Source of the DNA: Glaucostegus cemiculus | Lineage: Eukaryota | Length of the DNA stretch: 64,000 nucleotides | Direction of reading: 5' to 3' | Assembly (NCBI GenBank): GCA_976551045.1 | Contig: CDPCPM010000062.1 | Coordinates: 1-64,000, forward strand | Part shown: positions 25,100 through 36,250 of the stretch, piece by piece | Layout of the letters: the number at the start of each line of letters is the position of its first letter | Numbering within the stretch: position 1 is the stretch's first letter | Notes under the pieces: model-generated | Databases searched by the model: none | Seen by the model: only the letters and a program-made list of their open reading frames with translations | What the model was told of the DNA's origin: nothing | Program-made: the position numbers and the translations under genes

Positions 25100-26960
25100 A
25101 TAGACACAGAATCACAGAGCTGTACAGCACAGAAACAGGCCCTTTGGCCCACCACATCCATGCCAGCCAGTATGTCTATCTACACTAACCCCTTTTGCCT
25201 GCATTAGACCTGTATCCCTCAGCTTCTTTCCTATCCAAGTCCCAATTCCTTTCAAATGTTGTCATTGCATCTGCCTCTCCCCTCCTTGTATGGGAAAACC
25301 TGTCTCTCAGATCTCCCCTCTCACCTGAAACCTTGCCCCCTCATTTGAGACTCCCCTGTCCTGGGAAGAAGATTCTGACCATTTATTCCATCTGTACCCC
25401 TCATATAAGGTCACCCCTCAGCTTGCTGCACTCCAATGAGAACAAACCCAGCCTATCCAATCTTTCCTTGTAACTAAAGCTCTCTATTCCGGGCCATATC
25501 CTGGTACTTCTCTTCTGCACCCTTTCTAAAGCTCCCACATCTTTTCTGTAGTGTGGCAGCCAGAATTGCACACAGTGCCCCAAGTGTGGCTTGGCGACGT
25601 TTTGTACAGCTGCAACATGACATCCCAATTCTTATGCTCAATGCCTCGACCTCTGAAGGCAAGTGTGGTGAATGCCTCCTTCAGTGCCCGTGTCGCCATT
25701 TTCAGGAAACTCTAACTTGTACCCCAAGGTCTCTCTGTACAGCTCCTAAGGATCCTGCCATTTACTGTATATGTCTTGCCAATATTTGATATCCCAACTG
25801 CATTATGTCATACCTGGCTGGATTAAATTCAATCTGCCACCACTCTGCCCAACTTTCCTGGTGATCTGTGTCCTGCTGTATCCTTAGACAACCTTCTTCG
25901 CTACCTACGACTCCCACCAATTTTTGTGTCATAGCAAACTTGCTAATCAGACCTCCTACATTCTCATCCGAATCACTTATGCATATAACAAACAGCAAAG
26001 GTCCCAGCACCAACCCCTGGGGTGCACCACTGCTTACAGACCCAGTCAGAAAAGCAACTCTCTATCCCCACCCTCTGCCTGCTATCACCGTCAAATTTGG
26101 ATTATGTCTTACCATCACACCTTGGAGCCCATGTGCTTTAATCTTCTGGACCCACCTACTGTGCAGGACCTTGGCAAAAGCCTTGCGAAAGTCCATGTCT
26201 ATAACATCAACTGCCCTGCCTTCATCAACTTCCTTAGTTAACTCCTTAAAACACTAAATCAGATTTGTGAGACAGGAGTTCTCCTGCATAAAACTATGCA
26301 GAGTCCCCCTGATCAGTCGCTACCTTTCCAAGTGAACACAAGTCCTGTCCTGGAAGATTTTTTTCCAATAATTTCCCTACTATAGATGTAAGGCTCATCG
26401 GCCTATGGTTTTCTGTCTTACCCCTACTGCCCTCTTTGAATAAGGGAACAGTTGCTCCTCTCTAGTCTTCCGCTACAACTCCGAGGCTAACAAAGATGCA
26501 AAGATCTCCATCAGAGCCTTGGCAGTCTCCTCCCTTGCTTCCCACAGAGTCCTAGAATAGATCCTGCCAGGCCAGGAGATTTTCCATCATAATATGTGCC
26601 AATATTTTTAACACTTCCTCCTTGACAGAAACATGTTCCAGAATGTCAGTATACTCCTCCCTTAACTCTCCATCCTCCTCCTTAGTGAATACCAATGAGA
26701 AGTACTCATTCAGGACCCACTCGTATCATCTAGCTCCACACACAGATTTTCCCTTTGGGCCCTGAGGGGACCTTCTCTTTCCCTCCTGCTTTTAATATCA
26801 TTATAAAAGGTTTTGGGATTCTCCCTAATCATGCTTGCCAAAGCCGTTTTATGTCCCTTTTTTGCCCTCCTAACTTAAAGTTCTCTCAGATATCCGCTAT
26901 GAGCTTGCAAGGACTCATTTGATACCAATTATCTAGACCTGACAGAAGTTTTCTTCTCAC
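25100..26960 (-). mobile_element. CR1 LINE ORF2 relic (~1.9 kb)
   Basis: VLGPLLFVICISDSDENVGGLISKFA, PHLGHCVQFWLPHYRKDVGALERVQ. Confidence 0.85.
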
Positions 26961-26974
26961 CTTCTTGGTGGTGG

Positions 26975-27425
26975 GCAAAGTTCTCGAAATAGTAATCGGA
27001 CAGAATTAGCAGTCATTGGACAGTAGGGACTGGTTGGAGACTGTCAGCACTGATTTGTTAAAGGTGACTCTTATCTAACTGACAGAATTTTTGGACAAAG
27101 TAGCGGAAAGGACTGATGAGGGGAGTGCAGTTGACTTCGTAGATATTGGCTTCCAAACTGAATATTATAAGTTGGCAAATAATTGGCATGCTCTTTCATG
27201 TAGAGGGTGGTGAGTATATGGAACAAGCTGCCAGAAGGAGTGGGTGAGGCAGGTACAATGGTATCATTTAAGAAGCACTTGGATAGGTACATGGAGGGAC
27301 GGGGCTTGGAGGGATATGGGCCGAACGCAGGAAATTGGGACTAGCTGGGTGGTCACCGTGGTTGGCATGGACTGGTTGGGCTGAAGGGCCTGTATCCGTG
27401 CTGTATTGCTCTATGACTATGATCT
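26975..27425 (+). mobile_element. CR1 fragments, including a 3' end near-identical to 23180-23395
   Basis: Shared GAGGGTGGTGAGTATATGGAACAAGCTG...GTGCTGTATTGCTCTA. Confidence 0.8.
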
Positions 27426-27524
27426 ATAATTTTCTTGATAATAAGGTTGGAATAAGAGTCTACAGCAGTATGGACATAAAATTTGCCCAGTTACAGGATA
27501 CAGTAACAGTGAAAGGAAATTAAA

Positions 27525-27630
27525 ATATGGAAAAATCTGGAAATTCTCAGCAGGTTAGGCAGCGTTGATGAAAAGAGTAACTGAGTTAATATTTCAGGTT
27601 GAAGCCCCCATCAGAGCTGTGAAAGAGAAA
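27525..27630 (-). mobile_element. Penelope-like terminal repeat relic
   Basis: CTGGAAATTCTCAGCAGGTTAGGCAGC...TTTCAGGTTGAAGCCCCCATCAG, similar to the 10930 element; an oppositely oriented copy lies at ~28900-29020. Confidence 0.5.
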
Positions 27631-27659
27631 ACAAGTTTTATAGAGCTACAATGTTATCT

Positions 27660-28240
27660 GTGAGTAATGCTGCAACTCTATAAGACTCTGGTTAGACCAC
27701 ACTTGGAGTGTTGTGTTCAGTTCTGGCCGCCTCATTATAGGAAGGATGTGGAAGCTTTAGAGAGGGTGCAGAGATTTACCAGGATGCTGTCTGGATTAGA
27801 GAGCATGTCTTATGAGGAGAGGTTGAGTGAGCTAGGGCTTTTCTCTTTGGTGGATGAGCGGTGACTTGATAGTGGTGTATAAGATTATGAGGGGCATAGA
27901 TAGAGAGGATAGCCAGCACCTTTTCCCCAGGGCATCAATGGCCAATACCAGAGGACATCCGTTTAAGGTGAGATGAGGAAAGTTTCGGGGAGATGTCAGA
28001 GGTAGGTTCTTTACACAGGGATTGGAGGATGCCTGGAATGCACTGCCGGGGGTGGAGTAGTGGCTGATACAACAGGGACATTTAAAGACTCCTAGATAGG
28101 CACATGGATGTAAGAAAAATAGAGGGTTATGGGCTGTGTAGGAGGGAAGGGTTAGATTGACCATGGAGTACGTTTATATAGGTCGGCACAACAATGTGGG
28201 CCGAAGGGCCTGTACTGTGCTGCACTGTTCTATGTTCTAG
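27660..28240 (+). mobile_element. CR1 3' fragment
   Basis: MLQLYKTLVRPHLECCVQFWPPHYRKDVEALERVQ; TGTTCTATGTTCTA tail. Confidence 0.9.
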
Positions 28241-28339
28241 GTAAGTTAGCTCTTAATAGCAGAGAAGATGGGGCAATTGTACAGGACAAAGGGAATATCT
28301 CTAACAGGGTGAGGCTAAGGTTGCCATGGTGATAAGCTG

Positions 28340-30650
28340 TTAATGAATCCATCCTTTCAATAGCTTAATGAGGGCAGTTAGGGAGGAAGAATACAAACAA
28401 AGAGCCACATTAAAGCTGAGAAATGCAAAAAAATCTGTAGGAAATGCCCAGCACATTGGAGGAAAGCGAAAAGTTGAATTAATATTACAGATGGAGAACT
28501 TATGGCAGAATTGGCCACAATTCCCAAATAACAAGATGTGGAGAATAGCAGTTTGTTTTTCAAAATGGAAGGACATGCACAGTGGATCTCAGTACTAAGA
28601 CCACTGCTTTTAATACATAGTAATGAATTGGACCTGGATGTATAGAGGCACAACTTCCAAATGCTCAAACTTGTCACAAAATCTGGAGGTGTAGTGAACT
28701 GTGAGGAGGATAGTAATTAACTTCAAAGCCACATCAACAGGTTGATGGAATGGCTGATCTTGTAACATTTGCAACTCTGGTACCTGGGCACCATCCCCGG
28801 GTCGGATGCTGAGAAATGTGAGATGTTAAACTTTGTAGTAAGAATGAAAAGAAGGAACATAAACCAGGTGTATTCCCTTTGTCCTGTCTGTCCCTCCCCT
28901 GTCTTTTCTGCAAATAAAAAAACTGTCTCCCAGTTATGATGACCTATTATGAATGTTAATTTTGTTCCTTTTTTCCACAGATGCCGCCTGACTTGCTGAG
29001 TGTTTCCAGCATTTTCTGTTTTATGACATAAAAAGACGTAAAATAACATGGAACATAGAACACTACAGCACAGTACAGGCCCTTCAGCCCACAATGTTGT
29101 GCTGACATTTGATCCTGCTCTAAGATCTAGCTAACCCTTCCCTCCCTCATAGCCCTACATTTTTTCTATCTTTCATGTGCCAGAAAAGTTGCCAACATTA
29201 CAAACCTGCCAACGTTAAAAAGTTTAGAAAACTTTAGGACAGGTACACAGATTAGAAAGGTTTGGAAGGATATGCACCAGACACAGGCAAATCGGATTAG
29301 CGTCGACAGGCTTCTTGGTCAGCATGGACAATTTGGGCTGAATCGCCTGTTCCCATGCTGTGAAACTCTATGAATCTATAATAAACTGGGAGGTCATAAT
29401 TCTAAAAGGGACACAAGGGTTTGTTGAAAATAGGAGAACAAGTTGAGAAAGTGCTTAAAAAGGTATAAAGGATCTTGGGTTTATAAATATTGGTATTTGT
29501 TTATTATTGTGACTTGTACCAGCGTACAGTGAAAAACTTGTCTTGCATAGCATTCGTACAGGTCAATTCATTACAAAGTGCAGTTACACTGAGGTAGTAC
29601 AAAGTACATTGAGGTAGTACAGGTAAAAACGATAACAGTACAGAGTACAGTGTCACAGCTACAGAGAAGGTGCAGTGCAAAATAAGGTGCAAGGTCACCA
29701 CATGGTAGATAGTGAGGTCAGAGTCCGTCTCACTGTATAAGGCAACCGTTACCGTGGGATAGAAGCTGTCCTTAAGCCTAGTGGTACATGCCCTCAGGCT
29801 CCTGTATCTTCTACCTGCTGGAAGAGAGAAGAGAGAATGACCCAGGTCGGTGGGGTCTTTGATTATGCTGGCTGCTTCACCAAGGCAGCGAGAGGTAAAG
29901 ACAGAGTCCAACGAGGGGAGGCTGGTTTCTGTGGCACGCTGGGCTGTGTCCACAACTCTCTAAAGCGCAAGGAAGCTATGAACCATAATGAAACCTTGGT
30001 ATGGCCACAGCTGGAATTCTGTGTCCGGTGCTGGCTGCCACAACTGAGGAGAAAGTTGAAGGTTTTGGAGATGGTGCTCAAGGCATTTATTAAAATGATT
30101 CCAAAGATGAGGGGCTTTAGTTGTGTAGATAAGCTGGAGAAGCTGTTGTCATTTTCCTGTTTGGTCCCCTTGTAGAATTGTGACTTCTGGCTTTATTATA
30201 GATTCATTGAGTTGTACAGTATGCGGATAAGCCCCTCAGCCCAACTCATCCATGCCAATCAAGATGCCTGCTCAGGGTGATTCCATTTGCAAGGGGATCT
30301 GATAGAAGTATATAAAATTATGAAGGATATTTACAGCAGAGATGGAGAAAAATTATTTCCATTGGTGGAGAAGTTTGGGAATTAAAAGAACATCGAATGA
30401 GGGTGATTGGCAAAAGAGCACAAGGATTTTTTTATATTAGCGACGGTAAGGGACTGTGGTGAACCACTGAGTTGCTAGTGGAGATGGATTCATTGCAGCA
30501 TTGGAAAGGGAACTGGATAAGTGTCTGAAAGGAAAGAATTTGCAGAGCACTGGAAAGAGAGTAAGGCAATGTGACAAGCTAAGTTGCTCTTGCAAAGAAT
30601 CAGTATGGTACTGATAAGCTGAGTGGCTTCCCACCATGCTACAACCACTC
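28340..30650 (+). mobile_element. Old CR1 relic broken up by younger insertions
   Basis: Collinear degraded ORF2 pieces (28340-28860, 29390-29488, 29960-30160, 30290-30650), e.g. TLVWPQLEFCVRCWLPQ. Confidence 0.6.
29489..29960 (-). mobile_element. Rex1/Babar-like LINE 3' fragment (family A)
   Basis: DTAQRATETSLPSLDSVFTSRCLGEAASIIKDP...RRYRSLR. Confidence 0.85.
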
Positions 30651-32256
30651 TGCAATTCAGTTTCTGTTTGTTGTTCCTCGTGGAAATGTTTCAGTCCTGT
30701 GCATTAATACAATATTAGACTTTTATTTTTTCATATTATCTATGTATATTTCATTAATGGGTCACGTAATATTAGTAATCCTTTATAGCTGTTGAGTCAT
30801 TGTTTATTCAAGTTTTTAATTCTACTTTTTGCACCTTCCACTGTCTGTATCAGACTAAGTGTAGATCTAGTGATGGGTTGCTGGCTCACTCAGATCATTC
30901 AGTTTGTCTGTAACCACATCTTGACCTTTCTATGACTCAATCATGTCAACTCTCCTCTCATTCATGCTATTGATTTTCCATCTTTATTCTCCCATATTGC
31001 AGCAATAAAGCTCAACAAAAACTTCAGGAAAATCCATCCACTTCCCTCCTTCTGTAACAGTGCAGGCCTAACTGGATAAATCCAGATTGAGTACTGACAG
31101 CTGACCAATGAATTTAGCAATGAGATTAGTGGGACATCACATTTCTTAGTTTATGTCTTGCTTTTGATGTACAATCCAATAGACTTTGAAATGTGATCTA
31201 AATTACCAGTTGGATGTTGTAAGTTTCTTGCTAGTAAAACTACATTACCATCAAATTCCAAATCAGTCAAGTACATTGTAGACCTCAGACATTCCACGTA
31301 ATCTATTCCCAGTGCCCATTCTTCCCTTTTAATTATATTTTCTAAATGGCTTTACTTTTAAGTGAAAGTAGAAGTGTTGAAATATGGTGGAAAGGGGACA
31401 TCTATATTTCTGTGTAAACCACCTGTGATTCTTAAATGTGATACGAGCGGCTAATATGATTTTGTATAATTATTTGAACCGGAGTATCAGAAATAAAATG
31501 CAATAGAATTATTCTACTTTGTGACCTATTTAAATAGTCAAACATATTATTGTTTTTTTGTGCTATCTTTATTCCAGTTAAAACACATTATGTAGTTTGA
31601 GAACAGATTTTTATTTATTTGCTGCACTTGTTTGTACACCTTTAGCGTTTATATTTCTATCTGAATGATCGGTATTAATTTACATCTGATTCTGCTGAAA
31701 ATTAATTGTTAGTCATATTGAAAGCAAACACAGGATTAGACAGCAGAATATTATTCTTGTTCAGAGTCGACCATTCCCTAGGTCTAATACACCAAAACAG
31801 AGGAAAGATTGCTGTACTTTGTCTCAACAATGTATTTTAAAACTTACCTTTGACTGCATCTGCACAACCTTTTGGATTTCTTACATCAGTCACTATTATA
31901 ATTGGTACCACCAATTACTGTTGAATTGTAAACTGTTGTGTGCTCATACTTGTTGAGAACATAAATTTATTCACAGTGGAACCTGACTGTGCTTTGTCAT
32001 GTCTCCCTGAGTTGAATTTAATACGTTGGTGAGAGAGGTGAATGGGTTGGGTGCAACTTTGCCAAGCCCGTCAGTTCCCACTCAAAATACCTTCAAATCT
32101 TTAAACCAAAGAAATGGCAACATTTCAGATATGTAGCTGAGAGAGTCATCAAGAGTAGTAGTGTAATGGAGACTGAGATTTGCCACCCATCCACATCATT
32201 CACAAGTCCCATAGATTTGTGGCATAGATTTTGGGTGCAAGCTGTCAAGTGAGTTA

Positions 32257-33255
32257 AGGTTGGCATGTGGCAAGGGTAATGTCACAGTGATTATGGGGGA
32301 TTTCAATATGAAAGTGGACTGGGAAAATCAGGCTGGTACTGGACCCCAGGAAAAGGAGTTTGTGGAGTGCCTCCGGGATGCATTCTTGGAGCAGTTAGTC
32401 CGTGAGCCGACCAGGGGGAAGGCTATACTGGATTTAGTGCTGTGTAATGAGCAGGATTTGGTAAAGGAACTTGAGGTAAAGGAGCCATTGGGCGGTAGTG
32501 ACCATAATATGATAAGTTTTTATCTACAATTGGAGAGGGAAAAGAGCAAAGAGGGATTTAGGAGTATGTGTGCATCATTCACTGAAAGTGAATGAGCAAG
32601 TACAGCAGGCAGTAGCGAAGGCAAATGGAATGTTGGCCTGTATTACAAGGGGAATTGAGTACAAAAGCAAAGAGATTCTTCTGCATTTGTACAGGGCCCT
32701 GGTGAGACCACTGCTGGAGTATTGTGTACAGTTTTGGTCTCCGGGATTAAGGAAGGATATCCTGGCTATAGAGGGTGTGCAGCGTAGGTTCACAAGGTTA
32801 ATTCCGGGGATGTCAGGACTGACTTATGCTGAGAGGTTGGAGAGACTGGGTTTGTACACGCTAGAATTGAGAAGATTAAGAGGGGATCTGATTGAGACTT
32901 ATAAGATTATTAAAGGTTTGGACAGGATAGAGGTAGGAAGTATGTTCCAGATGTTGGGGAAATCCAGGACCAGAGGGCATGAGCTAAGAATTAAGGGTAT
33001 GCCATTTAGGACAGAAGTGAGGAGAAACTTCTTCTCACAAAGGGTGGTAAATCTCTGGAATGCACTGCCTCAGAGGGCAGTGGAGGCCAATACACTGGGC
33101 ACTTTCAAGGAAGAGTTAGATAGGTTTCTTATAGATAGGGGAATCAGGGGATATGGGGACAAGGCAGGAACAGGTTATTGATCAGCCATGATCTCAAAAT
33201 GGCAGAGCAGACTCGAAGGGCCGAAAGGTCTACTTCTGCTCCTATTGTCTATTGT
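32257..33255 (+). mobile_element. Young CR1 copy: endonuclease piece joined to the ORF2 C-terminus
   Basis: VIMGDFN...ILDLVLCNE...LGGSDHNMI (APE endonuclease), then a stop-free 203-aa stretch LYRALVRPLLEYCVQFWSP...FFSQRVVNLWNALP; CTATTGT tail. Confidence 0.9.
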
Positions 33256-33930
33256 CCCCTCATGGTTCATAGTGCAGCCAGGGCAGATTGCATTGGGTTG
33301 TTCATTCCAGCCCCTAAAAACTATTCAGATTTGGTTTGTTTGCTGTAAAGTTAATTGAAGTTCCAGAGAGAAACACTGAAGGTAAAGTTCCTGTATTTTG
33401 AACTCTAGCACCAATATTTGGTTCTATACAGTGAGCACAGAGTCCATTGAAAATAGTTTCAAAGAGGATATGTGATGTCCTCTTCTTTCTCAGGAATATG
33501 TCTTTTGGAAAATAATGAAAATATTAGGTCAGATAAATTAGAATACACTTGTAGAGAAAAACAATGTCATCGGAACTCTACTTACTGAATCTAAAAATGC
33601 CACTGGATTCGTTCTCTGTGTTTGAAGGCCAAGTATTGGCACAGCTGCGATGGGTTAATTGACTAATTTCCGGACTTCAAATTTGGTGACATGAATATGG
33701 AGGTGCATTGATCAGACCGCTTCAGGAATTAACTTAGCTCCACAATATTGAGATGCTATTCTGAACGGACAACACCCAGTTCTCTTGGAATGTGCTGGAG
33801 GAGAGTTGTTCTACTGTTGTAGAACAGCAGTGTTACCCACTGCATCACTGAATCTTGGCATTTTGCCTAATTAACCCTATAAGGACAGTCATCCTATTCC
33901 ACTGCCTCTAAGGGGCCATTTCCATATTGA

Positions 33931-34422
<492 letters not shown>

Positions 34423-35399
34423 TAAAAAGAACGGCCACAGAATTACATTCTGCAACTGTACACAGCCTAAAAATCTCTCATCACCTTAAATGTAGCTTGG
34501 GAATGAACTAAGGTTCCCTCCTATAAACTCAGTGATATCATCTGTTAAATTAGGGCTACTTTCCATTTCATCCCACAATAGCCATTGTGCTCTCCAGCCT
34601 ACTCTGCAGTGGATTTCCAATGCTTGTTTAACAACTAAGCACGTAACAACTAAGTTCATTCGGACAATGCTAAATTAAAACTGTCTGAAAAGGAAGGTAG
34701 GTAAGGTGTAGGGCACGTTTTTGCTTCTGTGTGGCTTAACCATTCCTGTCCACCTGTGCCGTATAAAGGGAGCTGTACGTTATATCTGAGTGAATGTATT
34801 TTTTTTGGCATTTGTTATGCCTTTATTTGAAGAATCATGGAATATTCCAGCACAGGAATGGAAATTTACATGAATGGAATTGGTATCTACACTGAAATAT
34901 CAGGGTGCTTTGGAAAAATCACTCAGTTATTTTTCAAGCAAGAATGAGCTAGGTGAACACTTCGCTCATTTATACTGTACTTCAGAGCTTCATGACCAGG
35001 GAAAGGAAACCCAGTCTCCACCAAATGGAAACCTAGGCAGCTTTTCTCAAGAGTCTAAATAAAGCAACGAGTTTACACAATAACCCGTTTATGGTTTGTT
35101 TTTCACGTGCAAAAACAAATAGATATGCATTCAAATTTTAGAAAGTACAAAGGGTGCATCCCTGATTAAATTAATTGTCATAACCTGTTTTACAAAGAAT
35201 TATACATGTTGTGGCAGCATCCAACTGCTCCTTGAATGAACCCAGATATATTTTCTCTACTGCCATTCCAGGTATTGATCGCAATCTTCAAGAAGAAATA
35301 TTTTGTGCCATGAGTCTGGAATTCGTCTTTTCTCAGTGTATGCTGTTGTCACATTACATGCATTTTATTCTAGTTACTACCTCCTGAAGGCCTTTTACA

Positions 35400-36250
35400 T
35401 TTATCTTGAAGCTAAATGTTCAAATTTTTCCAGCCTTTCCTCATAAGTCATTACCAGGGATTGTCCTCGTGTTCCTTCACAGTTCCAAGACCAAGATATT
35501 TCCTGAGTGTCTCAGTAATAATAGTAATTCTAAGCGTACAGTTGGGTAACACCGAAGTCCCACCCACTTTGACATGTCAGATCTACCATCTATTGACCAT
35601 GATGGTGTTGAAAACAAAAATACAAAGGTTTTCAAAGGTGAAAATATGTCCATCTCTTGTGCATGGCACAGCCCCTCCTGTATGGACACACCGTGCTGAG
35701 TGGGTGCATAAAGAAGAGTCTGTGCCGTGTACGCTGCTTGTAGAATTCACCTATATTGACGTCAATGACACCGAATTTTGGAAGCTAGTACAATGAGCAG
35801 CTATTACATTGTGAAGCTAATAGGCATTTATTTACATCCAAAACCATTTACTATGTTCTTAATTCTTGTACTTGTATGTCCAAGATAGTACATCTGTCTG
35901 CATTGAATTTTATTTGATATCATTCTAACCATTTGTGATTATTATCTAGGTTCTTTTCAGAATCCTTGGCTGCTTAATTCACTTCTACCTCCACTGTGGA
36001 ATTATTTGTTAATTAAGGTCATTTTACTGTAATATTGAATCAAGGCGGTTTATGGTGATCAGAAGCAACAGGTGTCCTCACAATGACCTATGGAATATTC
36101 CACTCAGTACATCCGTTAACTCCTTCAATTCATATCCATTGTTTCCTTTCTTTTGGGAAATACTTATTCACCTTTAAACTCCATATATGTAAAAATTAAA
36201 CATCAAAACACCATCTAGTGTTTCACTTAATAAAGGTCTGCTGCTCTTAG
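35400..36250 (-). mobile_element. Very old LINE relic (CR1/L2-like)
   Basis: Weak: CCAGCCTTTCCTCATAAG (reverse reads YEERL) and a PQGSVLG-like trace near 36070-36095. Confidence 0.4.
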
